NCBI GenBank assembly: GCA_964016885.1
Contig: OZ024749.1
Span: 2,294,001 to 2,358,000, forward strand
Direction of reading: 5' to 3'
Source of the DNA: Eledone cirrhosa
Taxonomy: Eukaryota
Length of the DNA: 64,000 nucleotides
Under the pieces are notes generated by a model. That model was not told the origin of the DNA and did no database searches. It saw only the letters and a list, made by a program, of their open reading frames with translations. A program made the translations under genes and the position numbers. This document shows, one piece after another, positions 1 to 14,163 of this stretch. Position 1 is the stretch's first letter, and the number at the start of each line of letters is the position of its first letter.

Positions 1-208
1 AATGTACCAACTTTAGAGGGGTTTACTCTACTGGTGTTGTTGGTAAATGTACCAACTTTAGAGGGGTTTACTCTACTGATGCTGTTGGTAAATGTACCAA
101 CTTTAGAGGGGTTTACTCTGATGATGTTACTGGTAAATGTACCAATTTTAGAGGGGTTTACTCTACTGATGTTGTTGGTAAATGTCCCAACTTTAGAGGG
201 GTTTACTC
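1..208. repeat. 45-bp minisatellite (about 4.6 copies, truncated by the window start)
   Basis: Unit aatgtaccaactttagaggggtttactctactggtgttgttggta restarts at 1, 46, 91, 136 and 181 with few substitutions; this explains the periodic ORF 34..222. Confidence 0.95.
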
Positions 209-300
209 ACCTCAGAAGCTAACAACTAGTGTTTATGCTTCTTAACATCGACTGATGACACCAATTTGCATACATAATAAAAGCTGGAGGGCTGTAATTA

Positions 301-485
301 ATTGTTTCTATTTTTGGCACAGGGCCAGCAATTACCCCAGTGCATTACTGGTACTTTATTTTATTTTCCCCGCAAGGATGAAACACAATGTTTGCCCGCG
401 GGATTTGAAATTAGAACATAAAGGGCTATAACTCTGTGCTGCAAAGCATGGCATCTGACGCTCTACCGATTACTGATAATCCACC
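301..485 (-). mobile_element. tRNA-derived SINE (family S1), diverged copy
   Basis: Reverse complement aligns by eye to the S1 copy at 56622-56797 (actggtactttatttta..., ggatttgaa B-box, gcatggcatctgacgctctaccga head). Confidence 0.85.
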
Positions 486-583
486 AAATTAATGAGTTAA
501 TAATAATTAGACATAGCACGATTGATACGGAGTTTTAATTAAATCTGATTCCACTGATTATGACCCCCGATAATTTCAATACT

Positions 584-1052
<469 letters not shown>

Positions 1053-1705
1053 TAGACAAATTATATGAGTAGCGTAACTTTCCGGAAACATTAGCGCTCC
1101 AGCAAGAAGATAAATAAGAATAATTGGTAGAAAACACACTTCATAGGAAAACTATTCCGTCTTGTATATATGTGCAACTATAGAATATTCCTTTCCAATA
1201 TATGTATATATGAAATATTGTGTATGTATATATGAAATATTGTGTATGTATATATTATAGAAGATTTTCTATGTATGGACAATTGCCAGTGAAGAATTCA
1301 AGGTAACATTTCAACTGGCAGACAGATGCAGAATGATAACAAAGAAACAAATATAAAAAAGCACAGAAAACGAAAGAAATATTGAAGGCATACAAAAATA
1401 TTTCCCGTTTCGAGAAGGTACGAAAATAGAAAGAGAGACAGGACTAAGGAAAGGAATTGGGACGTTACATGAAATGGTTTCACCTTCAAATGTCTGCGGT
1501 GCATTAATATAATCTCAAATAGCTGGCCCTCTGCCTAACAAACATTACCATTCTTTGCTTTACGTTTGTCTGTCTTCTCTACAGACACACACAGAAATGT
1601 GTGGTGGTAGCCGTTTCTCTTATTCATTCATTTTATTTTACATTTGTTTTTCTTTACTGGGACCTCCTTTATTTCTGCTTCTCCTTTCTGGTCCTGTCTC
1701 TATGT

Positions 1706-1745
1706 GTACTCCTGAAGAAGGGCTGAAGCCCGACACGTCGTACTT
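1706..1745 (+). ncRNA. degenerate minimal hammerhead ribozyme in a PLE-like 3' end that runs into (CA)n at about 1844
   Basis: gtactc-CTGAAGA-agggc tgaa gccc-GAcAC-gtc-gtac: core box 1, stem II GGGC/GCCC, GAAAC mutated to GACAC, GUC site, partial stem I. Confidence 0.65.
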
Positions 1746-1855
1746 TCTTTCCCCTTCTCCATATAAAGCGTGGAACTAATAACACTCTTTGTACCTTACG
1801 TAGAGCCCTCTTATTACCTTTACCCTTTCTACGGAGATACATAACACACACACAG

Positions 1856-1973
<118 letters not shown>

Positions 1974-2272
1974 TGTATATGATTCAGTGTATTACTTGCT
2001 GTGGTACACAGGCACAGAGTATATATATTAAGAAAAACGATGGAGCTTCGTTTATATGCAATTATGTTTCTCTTGCGCATGTTACAGACATTTCGCACAT
2101 GTTTGGTTCAGTATAACCCATAGAAGTTATGGACCCGACTCCATTATCGATCACATTCTCTACCTGTCGATTGAAACGCATATCGATAATGAAATCGGGA
2201 CCGTAGCTTCAATGGATAACCTTGGGCTAATCCTCTGCGAATCGCGCGTAACTGGTCGATACACAATAAGAA

Positions 2273-2649
<377 letters not shown>

Positions 2650-3027
2650 GTGTATATGTATATACGCACACACACACACACATATATGTATATATATGTG
2701 TGTGTGTGATTCGCCCAATTACGTAAGGCGATAGTTGCATCACTACTTCCTCAGCTACATTAGTCACAGTGCATTTTCGTGCATATAGGCAATCATGCAC
2801 TTGTGATGCCAGGTATATCGCCAGGAGAGCGGCCTTTGAAATACCTGAGGCGATAACAAAAGGAAGAAAGGACAGGTTCATTGTCTTTCCACAAAAACAG
2901 AGACAAATACGTAAAAAACATATGACTAGAAATAAAACTGACAATGCATGTATGTGATCCACTAGCCAGATACGTGCAAATATTGACTTTCGTAGAGAAA
3001 AGGACGTGAAAGCCCAGGGTAAAAGAC

Positions 3028-3110
<83 letters not shown>

Positions 3111-3584
3111 CGGCGAGGGGGCTTATCATGTTGTGCAAGGGAAAGATGAGGCAAAGTTGGCGGAGCTTACTGTCTCATGTGCGATGCATTCGACAGGATG
3201 ACTAGAGTATATCATAACTCCCTGCAGAGAAAGATACCAGTGGCACCCTGTTCGGGTAGGAAACACCTTTGGATGATATTATCGGAGGCAGTGTAAAAAG
3301 CGGGTCTCTACATCTTTCTCAAAACAGAAGATGAATAGTTCGCTCGAAATATTGAGGCGGTGACAACTCTAGCAGCCAGAGATACAACAATAGACTGATA
3401 CAGTAAATGTTGAGCTGTTGTGTAGCAATTTCGTCGCTTACACCTGTAGGTGGCCCCGAGCCACTCTCTTGGGTTATCATAGGGGAATTGTCAGAAAAAT
3501 ATACAGCCCCGCTTCACCGTCTGATTGGATGTCCAATTCTGCACCCACAGGCGGAATAACAACAGCAACAGAATAAGTGTTTAT

Positions 3585-3691
3585 CATAGCGTCCGAAACA
3601 TTGAGACGGTCTTCCTGCTATATCAAGCGTTGACCTAATATATCCCTTCCATATACTGTACCGATTCTGTTGTTATTTCTGTTTACCTTTT
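3585..3691 (+). mobile_element. 3' end of a (CA)n-associated PLE-like family (G), with only the 3' half of the hammerhead
   Basis: tagcgtccgaaac...cctaatatatcccttccatata...tgttgttatttctgtttacctttt(CA)n matches the reverse complement of 45103-45210. Confidence 0.7.
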
Positions 3692-3692
3692 G

Positions 3693-3745
<53 letters not shown>

Positions 3746-4167
3746 ATGTGCGTGCGTGTGTGTGAGTATGTTCGTGTGTGTGCTTATGTGTGTATCTGCG
3801 AAAAGTAAACCGAAAACAACGAAGAAAACAAAGAGCAATGAAGATATTAGTTTAACTGATATAATCGGAGAAGAGTCTTAACAGACGCTAGGTCGTCATC
3901 AAAGATAGAATGACAAAGAAATGAAAAATGGAAAGATGGCGGAGAAGGAGAAAAGGAGAAAAGGAGAAAAGGAGAAAAGGAGAAAAGAAAGAAAATATAT
4001 TTGGGGAGAAAAAGCACAAACACACCAAACACACACCACGTACACAAACAATGACACATTGACGTATATATTTATGTGTCCATCACAATATACTCTTAAA
4101 ATACAGATAATTAAACTACACAAGACATGACGGAGATATTGGGTAATCAAATGAATATTGAAATATA

Positions 4168-4230
4168 TTGATGATTTCTAAAGAATGAAACAGTTCTAGT
4201 CCTGTAGAATCTCATCTATATTAAAACTAT
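4168..4230 (+). mobile_element. short-arm fragment of hammerhead family C
   Basis: tgatgatttctaaagaatgaaacagttctagtcctgtagaatctcatctatattaaaac(TA)n is nearly identical to 33714-33772 and ends at the same base. Confidence 0.85.
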
Positions 4231-4442
4231 ATATATATATATATATATAATCATTTGATCCAGGAACATTATATGGAGTAGCGAAACAATTGTAAACGGA
4301 CATTATTATTATTATTAATATTATTATTATTAATATTATGATTATACATCAAACTAAAATATGTTGACAATCTTTTAATAATGTCTTCCTTGTGAAATTT
4401 GTGGTCTTGTTTTGCTTAACTAATGAATATATATATATATAT

Positions 4443-4700
4443 AAGTAGAAGGAGTATTTCATTTGTTGGAAGTCCAACAAATATAAATGTTTATAACTGA
4501 TTTAGAGCACTCAACACTTTACTGGAGTAAATATTCAATGATATTAAATATATGGAAACTATATTTATAAAACCATATTTATTTTATTATATATATTTCA
4601 ACGGCACCAAGACACATGTATACGCTTTCATCAATAAAATACAAAGTTTGTTTTATAAATAGAGACATACCCATGAAAATCATACCTTATCGGTTGGAAA
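4443..4700 (-). mobile_element. PLE-like 3' end, family D relative, with decayed hammerhead
   Basis: Collinear with 15945-16095 (atggaaactatatttataaaaccatatttatt...tcatca(g)ataaaatacaaa); flanked by (TA)n. Confidence 0.7.
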
Positions 4701-4737
4701 TTCACTATCCAGTTCACTATCCAATCCACTCTCATTG

Positions 4738-4779
<42 letters not shown>

Positions 4780-5085
4780 AATTAAAGTTAATAAAAAGGC
4801 AAATGTTTAAAATTTAGCTTCGTTTATTACTGCTATATATATTTCAGTGACAGCCATCTTTGGCTGTGCCCTCTTCAAGCTGTCCCAATTAGTGTGGTAT
4901 AGACAAGTACATATGTTGTCGAGGTGTATAATTTTGTCAATACTCTGATGTGCTCAGTTCCTGGTAGGGTTGTTATTTCACTGAGGAACTGGAATCATTA
5001 TTCCGGAGTAACCAAACCAACCTGCGCACTTCGTCGAGTGCTCCAGCCTGCATACTGAGCTGTTGGTATACAACCAACATATACT

Positions 5086-5090
<5 letters not shown>
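4780..5090 (-). mobile_element. hammerhead family E element between (TA)n tracts
   Basis: Minus strand reads tTGAAGA-gggcacagcc aaaga tggctgtcact-GAAA-tatatata-gcagt, collinear with 15083-15254. Confidence 0.8.
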
Positions 5091-5147
<57 letters not shown>

Positions 5148-5247
5148 AAGAAGTTTATGAAACGGAAATGCGGGTATAAAGAATTTATTAGGTAACAATT
5201 GTTTCTATAGTGTATGGGTTACCTATACCTATATATATATATATATG

Positions 5248-5765
5248 TTGTTATACTTTGGGAGGGTCATGTTGCCAATAAGAAACACACGCACCAGTTG
5301 CTTTCACTTCAATTTATTATATATTTATAAATTTACAAATTTATAAATTTATAAATTTCTGGTTGGTTGGTTGGTTCCACAACCAGATAGTTGTTTATAT
5401 ATAGTCATAGTCCTTTCGTCACACACTCTGTGACCTCTTCAGTCACTGGGGATTCCTTTCTTTGTTTCTGTGCCTCTCCTTTCTTTGTTTCTGTGCCTCT
5501 TGTTTCTGTGCCTCTCCTTTCACAGAGTGTGTGACGAAAGGACTATGACTATATATAAACAACTATCTGGTTGTGGAACCAACCAACCAACAAGAAATTT
5601 ATAAATTTATAAATTTGTAAATTTATAAATATATAATAAATTGAAGTGAAAGCAACTGGTGCGTGTGTTTCTTATTGGCAACATGACCCTCCCAAAGTAT
5701 AACAATAGCGGTTTCAACACACGATTTCAGATAAAGAATCTTGCTAAACAAATTCAGAAACGAAA
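5248..5765. mobile_element. fold-back element, hammerhead family A (PLE inverted pseudo-LTR structure)
   Basis: About 186-bp inverted arms at 5248-5433 and 5520-5705, plus a 60-nt tail (5706-5765) on one side only; (TA)n on both flanks; a hammerhead on the minus strand at 5403-5447. Confidence 0.9.
5403..5447 (-). ncRNA. minimal type-I hammerhead ribozyme (family A)
   Basis: agtga-CTGAAGA-g gtcaca gagtg tgtgac-GAAA-ggac-ta-tgact: both core boxes and a 6-bp stem II. Confidence 0.8.
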
Positions 5766-5861
5766 TATATATATATGTATTGAGGTTTCCGTTGAAAATT
5801 GAAAAAGTGTGGAGCAATGAAGTGTGCTCTATGGAAGTTACAGAGCTAAATATTTAATGTA

Positions 5862-6033
5862 TAATAAACAATATAATTACCTCTTTACCAAAGGTTTTAC
5901 GAATAAGACGAATACAAGAAACGTCCGCATTCGTTCGTCATTGTCTTGTCTGGCGAACGAATGCGGACGTTTCTCGTATTCGTCTTATTCGGGAAACCTT
6001 TGGTAATGAGGTAATTATATTGTATTGTTTATT
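5862..6033. repeat. imperfect palindrome with arms of about 75 bp
   Basis: aatataattacctc..ccaaaggttt..cgaataagacgaatac..gaaacgtccgcattcgttcg pairs with cgaacgaatgcggacgtttc..gtattcgtcttattcg..aaacctttgg..gaggtaattatatt. Confidence 0.9.
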
Positions 6034-6216
6034 AAGTGTGTGTATATATATATATATATATAAGTGTGTGTTCGTGTGCATGTGTATGTATGTATTTATC
6101 ATGGTGAGGGTGCAGGCTGACGTATAAAATAAAGAATTATCGCCCCGTATCAATATTATTTGGCAGTTGATCACATAGATTGTGAAGCATCAGTTTACAC
6201 TCTGCTGGATGTGCTG

Positions 6217-6319
<103 letters not shown>

Positions 6320-6496
6320 CCAGGGGAAACTCCTAGAAAATTGAAATTGGAACACACCCATTATATTTATAACACTATTCTTATTAATTATATATATTTT
6401 GTAGCAATAAACTTACTAATGTGGAAATATATGAATGATTTTGCTGTTTGATTAGTGTACACACACACACACACACGCATACCTACTAATATATAA

Positions 6497-6678
6497 TTGT
6501 TTCTACTTTAGGCACAAGGCCAGCAATTAAACAGTACATTACTGGTACTTTATTTTATCGACCCCCGTAAGGAGGAAAGGCAAAGTCAACCTCGGTGGGA
6601 TTTGAACTCAGATCGTAAAGGGACGTAACTATGCTGGAAAGCATGGCGTCCGACTCTCTACTGATACTGCCAATCCAA
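6497..6678 (-). mobile_element. tRNA-derived SINE S1
   Basis: Near full-length reverse complement of 56622-56797. Confidence 0.95.
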
Positions 6679-6930
6679 TGGAATAATGCTGCCGTGTTTT
6701 GTATGTCACGCAAACGGGGGTAACTCATCTATGTTTCAGTATTACATATAAATACATACATATTTATAAACACACTAACACCATTCTAATGTCTGAGAAT
6801 ATGGGAAATATGAAAAAAATGCGCCATATCACCTGTGGAATAAACTCAAAAATACTACGGAATAAATCTGAACATTTATCTAAATTAAATTGAAAGTTGA
6901 TTGACGTATATATATATATATATATATATA

Positions 6931-7280
6931 AATTAATAAAAACAATGAAATAAAAACAAAGAACAAGTTCCTCATATTAAAAAATTCATCATTTTACGAT
7001 CGTTTCTAGGATGTATATGTGTGTTGGTATGTATATCATATAGATCTATGTAAAAATATTACAAACTATCAGGGGAAATATACATACTTTCACATATACA
7101 TGCTGTCTTCAGAAATCATTTATGAAGACAGCATGTATATGTTCTTTGTTTTTATTCATTGTTTTTATTAATTTATCTTGACTCTGTTTTCCTATGATTT
7201 TCATCGAAAATTTTTGAATGAATCTTCTCTTTTCATGATATTTGGATTACATTGAGTTCTTCATACGGATTGGACACTAC
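6931..7280 (-). mobile_element. family F (TA)n-associated element with hammerhead core
   Basis: Reverse complement of 43302-43572; the minus strand has CTGAAGA-ca gcat gtat atgt-GAAA at about 7087-7112, plus an extra inverted segment at about 7125-7172. Confidence 0.75.
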
Positions 7281-7457
7281 TGTATATTTTGGTAGATTTA
7301 TCTACATATATAGAGAACCTTGAATATACCTTGCAATAATGATTCATTATACAAAATAATGATTACATACACACATATCTGTGTGGAAGGGAGGGGCTGG
7401 TGAAACACTGTAGAAAACAGAGAACAGCGTTCGCTACACTTGTGTTGCCCATACATA

Positions 7458-8222
7458 TCTATATATATAAAACTGAGGATGTCTGTCTGTGTGTGAGTTC
7501 GAATCCCTAAAACTCGAGAACCACCCAACCTACTGTTTTCAAACTTCACACATGTAATACTTATGTTTCAGGGAGTGTTCTGAGCAAAAAATTTCCAATG
7601 CCCTAGGGACCGCATTAGGCGATATAGCGATCTCGCTCTATAATTCTTAGTTTTTCTCTCTTTAGATAGATACATACATATAACGTCGCGCCCTTATAAT
7701 ATCTCTCTGTATGTCTGATGTCTGCATTACGTCACTCCCCTGAGGATGTCTGTCTGTGTGTGTGTGTATGTGTGTGTCTGTGAGTTTGAATCCCTAAAAC
7801 TCGAGAAGTACCCAACCGATTTTTTTCAAACTTTACATGTGTATTACTTATATTTCAGGGAGTGTTATGCACATAACATTCAACTTTCTTTTATCTCCTG
7901 GGGCCCGTATTAGGTGAAAAGCTGCATTTTAAAAGCTTTTTAGGGCTTTTTGGAGGCGTTACGTCTAACCGATTTTCTTGAAATTTCAAAGCATATTATG
8001 CACATAAAAAAATCCATTTTCTTGATCCCTTAGGGCCCGCATTAGGTGAAAACCTGCATTTTTCTGCTTCATCGAGGAAAATCTGAAAGATTATCCAGCC
8101 ATCAGAGTATTCGGTTTATTTTCTTTACATATTGTCCAGGCATGGTTTTTCCACGATTAGGTCTGTTGGCGGCCCGCGTTCCAGAATACCTTATCCCGTG
8201 CAAGGCCGGGTACCACTGCTAG
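7458..8222 (+). mobile_element. non-autonomous Helitron (family H1)
   Basis: A|TCTATATATATAAAAC 5' end; 3' hairpin cccgtgcaaggccggg followed by CTAG|T; no TSD; internal duplication of the 5' block (7473-7620 vs 7740-7915). Confidence 0.85.
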
Positions 8223-8327
8223 TAAATGTATAAATACACACACACACACATACACAGACACATATATGTGTGTGCATGAATTAATTATTTGTTCTGAGTC
8301 TGTTTGTGCAGATGTGTGTGTATGTAG

Positions 8328-8630
8328 TTTCACGTTGTCAAAAGCTTTTGTGAAGTCAATGAAGGTGATGTGCACAGGGTTGTTGAATTCTATTGGTTTC
8401 TCAATGATGTTTTCAATAGCTAGGATCTGCACAATGGTGCCTCTTACAGCTTGATACGCAGCTTGTGCTTCAGGGAATGAGGCGTAAGGGTCTGACTTCA
8501 CTCCTGCTGCAATGATACTCATGCAAAGCTTGTAAACGTGACACAATAAGTTGATAGGAAGATAGTTCCCACAATCAAGTTTGCTACCCTTTTTGTAGAG
8601 TACAACTATCAATGCTTTCTTGAACATTCC
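8328..8630 (-). pseudogene. non-LTR retrotransposon (RTE-like) reverse transcriptase N-terminal fragment
   Basis: ORF 8157..8627: KKALIVVLYKKGSKLDCGNYLPINLL...QAAY...FIDFTKAFDNV, matching the non-LTR RT motifs (KKG..NYRPISLL, Q.GF, FIDF.KAFD). Confidence 0.9.
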
Positions 8631-8819
8631 AGAACCACATCATGAGACTTATGACGGGCAAGTCCCTCAGCAAAACATTGGCTTGATAATGTCAACTTAT
8701 GGAGTAGACTTGATATTTGCTCTTTGAACTCTGCTGCTGATTATCAAACTTTGTGGAGAGAGATATCACATGTTTAATGACTTATATTGTACATTTTTCG
8801 TATTAGGAGAATGGGATTG

Positions 8820-8885
8820 ATGAGTTAATATCTGTATAGAACAACTACAACGGTATGCGATGGGGTCCACCCCTCGGCCCCAGAG
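8820..8885 (+). pseudogene. possible Penelope-type RT motif remnant
   Basis: tat aga..caa cta caa..gcg atg ggg tc(c)a ccc ctc ggc ccc reads Y.Q..G.AMGSPLGP only after assumed frameshifts; short. Confidence 0.4.
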
Positions 8886-9084
8886 CTACCTCCTTACTCA
8901 ACACCATAGACATTGAGCTGGCCAGCTGCAGGTGTGAGCGCCGCGAGTTGGAGTGGCTTTTCCAGTGCGTCTTCCTTGCCGTCCTCCTCCGCATGTTAAT
9001 CCGCAGTCGGCAACTGGCAGGGTTAGGGTCAAAGTAGTAGTGTGTATGTAATAACTATTTTTAACTAAAGATGACTACACTTTG

Positions 9085-10502
9085 GTGAGTGTGTGTGTGA
9101 GTGTGTGTGTGAGTGTGTGTGTGAGTGTGTGTGTGTGAGCGTTTGAGTGAGTGAGTGTATGTGTGTGTATGTGTGTGTGAGGGTTTGTGTGTGAAGGTAT
9201 ATGTGTGTGAGCATTTATGTGTGTGAGTGTATGTGTATGTCAGTGTGTGTATTTGAGTGTATGTGTATGTGAGTGTGTGTGTGTATGTGAGTGTATGTGT
9301 GTGCGTGAGTGTATGTGTGTGTATGTGTGTGTGTGTGTGAGTGTTGGGTATGTGAGTGTGTGTGTGAGTGTGTGTGTGAGCGTTTGAGTGAGTGAGTGTA
9401 TGTGTGAGTGTGTGTGTGTGAGCGTTTGTGTGTGAAGGTATATGTGTGTGAGCATTTATGTGTGTGAGTGTATGTGTATGTCAGTGTGTGTATTTGAGTG
9501 TATGTGTATGTGAGTGTGTGTGTGTATGTGAGTGTATGTGTGTGCGTGAGTGTATGTGTGTGTGTGTGCATGTGTGTGTGTGTGTGAGTGTTTGGGTATG
9601 TGAGTGTTTCTGTATGTGTGTATGAGTGTGTGTGAGTGTATGTGTATGTGGGTGAATATGTGTGTGTGAGTGTGTATGTGAGTGTTTGTGTGTGTGAGTG
9701 TATGTGTGTATGTGTGTGTGAGTGCATGTGAGTGTATGTGTGTGTGTATGTGTGTGTAAATGTATGTGTGTGTGTGAGTATATACGTGTGTGTGTGAGTG
9801 CATGTGTGTGTGAGTGTATGTGCGTGTAAGCGTATGTGTGTGAGTGTATGTGTGTGAGTGTATGTGTATGTGAGTGTGTGTGAGTGTATGGGTATGAGTA
9901 TGCCTTATGTGTATGTGTGTGTGTGAGTGTATGTGTATGTGTGTGTGAGTGTATGTGTGTGTGAGCGTATATGTATGTGGGTGCATGTGTATGTGTGTGT
10001 GTGCGTGTGAGTGTATGTGTATGTGTGAGTGTATGTGTGTGTGAGTGTATGCGTGTGTGAGTGTATGTGTATGTGTATGTGTATGTGTATGTGTGCGTGT
10101 ATATGTGAGTGTATGTGTGTGTATGTGTATGTTTGTATGTGTGTGTATGTGTGTGTGAATCTGTACGTGTGTGTGTATGTGTCTATGTGTGTGTGTATAT
10201 GTATGTGTATGTGTATGTGTGAATGTGTGTGTGCGTGTGTGTATGTGTGTGTGTATGTGTATGTTAATGTGTCTATGTGTGTATATGTATGTGTATGTGT
10301 GTGTGTGAATGTGTGTGTATATGTGTGTATGTGCGTGTGTGTATGTGTGTGTGTATGTGTGTGTGTATGTGTGAGTGTATGTGAATGTGTGTGCGGGCGT
10401 GCGTGTGTGTGGGTGTGTATATGTGTATGTGTGTATGTGTGTGTGTGTACGGGTGTACGTGTGTATGTGTGTGTATGTATGCGTGTGTATGTGTATGTGT
10501 GT
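9085..10502. repeat. 1.4-kb compound (GT)n/(GTAT)n/(GAGT)n simple repeat with an internal duplication of about 240 bp
   Basis: The block gtgaaggtatatgtgtgtgagcatttatg...cagtg...tttgag occurs at about 9191 and about 9432. Confidence 0.9.
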
Positions 10503-10833
10503 TGTCCAGGGAGCCTAGTCCCTAGCAATAACGAAATAAATTAGAATTATCCAGAATACAAAAGGGCCACAGTTGAGAGGTATATACAGTCCACATCTAC
10601 CGTTTATCCGCCATATTTGATGACACGGGGCCAGCTGGAGCAATAATAACATTGAATCGATGTCAACTGATGTGGAGGAGTATCTCCCAGCGTTCTGTCA
10701 CACCAATATAGATAGAGAGAGGGAGGGGGAGAGCTAGACAGAGGTGCTGTTAATGTGTGTGCCACTCTATTTATGTATGTGTCTCCCACACTCACATAGA
10801 CACGCTACGACACAATCATATATACTTATAGGT

Positions 10834-11009
10834 TAGTATCGGTAGAGGGTCGGACGCCATGCTTTCCAGCATAGTTACGTCCCTTTACGATCTGAGTTCA
10901 AATCCCGCCGAGGTTGACTTTGCCTTTCATCCTTACGGAGTCGATAAAATAAAGTACCAGTAATGTACTAGGTATGTTGCTGGCCTTGTGCCTAAAGTAG
11001 AGACAAATA
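10834..11009 (+). mobile_element. tRNA-derived SINE S1
   Basis: agtatcggtagagggtcggacgcc...gagttcaaatcccg (B-box)...gcctttcatccttacgg.gtcgataaaataaagtaccag...tgcctaaagtaga. Confidence 0.95.
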
Positions 11010-11084
11010 GTACATTCAGCCCCGCACTGTATTCATACACTGATGCACAAATAACAGATGAAGTACACACACGCATACATACAG

Positions 11085-12033
11085 ACATATATACATACAT
11101 ACATACATACACACACACATACATACAGACATATATACATACACACTCACACACACACACATACATACAAACATACATACATACATACACACACACACAT
11201 ACATACATACATATATACATACATACATACATACACACATACACACACACATACATACATACACACACATACATACATATATATACATACATACACACAC
11301 ATACACACATATACATACACACCCACACATACATACATACATACATACACACATACATACATACATACATACATACATACATACATACACATACATACAC
11401 ACCCACACATACATACATACATACATACATACATACATACATACACACATATATATATATACATACATACATACACACATATATATATATACATACATAC
11501 ATACACACACATACACACATATACACACACACACAAACATACACACATACATACATACATACATACAGACATACACATGCATACACGCATACACACATAC
11601 AGACACACACACATACATACATACATACATACATACATACATGCACACACACACATACGTACATACATGCATACACACATACATGCAGACACACACACAC
11701 AGACATACAAACATACATACATACATACACACATACATACATACAGACAAACACATACATACATATATACAGACAGACAGATAGACAGTCTCACACATAT
11801 ATATATATATATACATACAACAAATGTGCAGTCAAACATCAATAAAGATTTGTTGTTATTATATACCTAAGAATTTACAAACCAACATTAGCATCAACAT
11901 ATATTGTATTTATGTATGTATGTATGTATGTATGTATGTATGTATGTATGTATGTATGTATGTATGTATGTATGTATGTATAAATGTATGTATGTATCTC
12001 TGTATGTATGTATGTATGCATGTATGTATGTAT
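11085..12033. repeat. (TACA)n/(CA)n and (TATG)n simple repeats
   Basis: Direct reading of the sequence. Confidence 0.95.
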
Positions 12034-12500
12034 GACCTTTGTCAGGTTTTGTTTTTTGTCCTGCAGGGTGTCCAAAATCACCCTCCTCATCAAGTAAACT
12101 TGGTGGGGTTGCCGGTTTAGTCGCCGGCGACCCGACCATGCGACAGGTTGTACTAGGTTAATTGTTACCAGTAGCACTCAAGAGTGACCCGACAAAGGGC
12201 AGTAGAACTCATAAGAGTCAACGGCGATCCGAAAGTGTGTAAATATGTATATACACATGTACCGCGTGGGAAAACCACTGGGAGTGAAGGACCTTTGTCA
12301 GGGCATACTTCTAGGAGAAGGCATCTCAGCAGGCTGGGATAACTCTGATATAAAACCTGCGGCTCAGTAGTTACCGATGATGTTGATCTTTTCTTCTTTT
12401 CGGGTTATAGCTACTGTCGCTCAGAGAGTGGGATTGGCTCAGTGCACAGTCTTTCGTCACTTTAAAAAATATCTTCATGCACAGGCATTGAACGATAGAA
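12034..12500 (+). mobile_element. probable LINE (RTE-like) 5'-UTR or non-autonomous derivative
   Basis: GC-richer island with hairpins; ctaggagaagg...aactctgatataaaacc resembles RTE 5'-UTR text as I recall it (not searched); 13-bp direct repeat gacctttgtcagg at 12034 and 12290. Confidence 0.4.
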
Positions 12501-12511
12501 TTAATTAATAA

Positions 12512-12980
12512 TCTAAACTATAATAAAGGAAGCTCTGCGGGATTTCGTACGGTTTATATTTTTTTCATCCCGTTTGTAAAATAAGTTGGATTACTTTGAA
12601 TAAATAATTAATGAATATTACATAATTTTTCTACTAAATTTCGTGGCTGTTCATTAAATATATTTTGTTATTTAAAGATTCACTTCTTTAAAATTTCTGA
12701 AATGTCAACACTTCCGGTGGCGTTCACTTAAATAAACATACTAATTTTCTCCTAATGCAGTTTATATATAATATCGTCTTTTTTAATGTATCATGGATTA
12801 CGTTACTGATTACATAAACCAGTATAACGCAGTCTTCGTTCAATTTCTATGTATTATATATTGTCAATTACGATTTTATTTGATGTATCATAGCTACATG
12901 TATATATACTTGCGTATAATATCAATATACACACTACACATGCTAGCAGAAAACCGGCCACAGGGTGGTTTTTCTGCTAG
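12512..12980 (+). mobile_element. non-autonomous Helitron (family H2)
   Basis: A|TCTAAACTATAATAAAGG start; 3' palindrome ctagcagaaaacc..ggtttttctgCTAG|T; diverged homolog at 59053-59688 on the minus strand. Confidence 0.75.
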
Positions 12981-13294
12981 TTATTAATAATGATATATCG
13001 TACAATGACCATACTCGATAACGAGGACGCAGCCATCATGTATGTATATATATATGTATGTATATATGTATGTATATATGTATATATGTATGTATATATG
13101 TACGATGTATATATGTATGTATGTGTGTTTATATGTATGTGTTTGTGTATATGTGTGTTTGTGCGTCTGTGTATGTTCGTGCTGGGATAAATGTGTGTGT
13201 GTGTGTGGCTGCATTTAGAAACAGAGAGAGAGGAAAGGAGGAAAGTGAAAGCGGATATATATATATATAGATAGATAGATAGATAGATAGATAT

Positions 13295-13353
<59 letters not shown>

Positions 13354-14052
13354 TACTTATATATGAGTGCGTTCAAAAACGTGTATTTCTTGCGTTACAT
13401 TTGCAATGCGTTAGTCGTGTGTTCCACATCAGTTTAAAATATTGAAGATAGCTTACCTCGATTTGATATGTAATAAGAATCAACCAGATGAAGAATGTGG
13501 ATTCAACTATATTGAAGCACACAGTATTTCTGTGTATATAAACAAGCAATCCTCAAGCAATATATCTCCGTAAACAACATATCTGTGTTTGGAATAGATG
13601 GTAAAACAACGACTACAAGGTCACAGTCGGCCTAGCTATCTGTAGATGTGCAATCATGTTTCTCTTAATCTAAACTGAATATTTCTCTCATCTAGTTAAC
13701 TGTTTAAACACAATTTATGCAGTATTACGCCAGTAAACGCTTTATCATTTCCGGTCTATAAGATAAATATCTGCGCCATTTTATCCAGGTTTGGCTCACA
13801 TCATAAATAAGTACCATATATATTTAAAATGACAGCGAAAAACGTTGCATGCAAATAAGGATTCAAAGGGTGATACCCTCGACAAATTAATTAATAATTT
13901 CAACAACTTCAAAGACCCTATTAATTCTATTGACCTTACCAAAGCAGGTCGAAGATTTTGTGCCAGAAAGAGGATCCCCAAGTTAATAGAACAGTACACA
14001 TACTAATATAATTATACACGCAAGTATGATCATACGCATGTACATACACACA

Positions 14053-14163
<111 letters not shown>

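Noticed and set aside
34-222. Periodic 15-aa repeat protein
   Set aside because: It is a by-product of the 45-bp minisatellite (unit length divisible by 3).
13450-13560. Strong minus-strand splice donor (gag|gtaagc) as a coding exon
   Set aside because: There is only a short open frame, no recognisable protein and no supporting partner exon.
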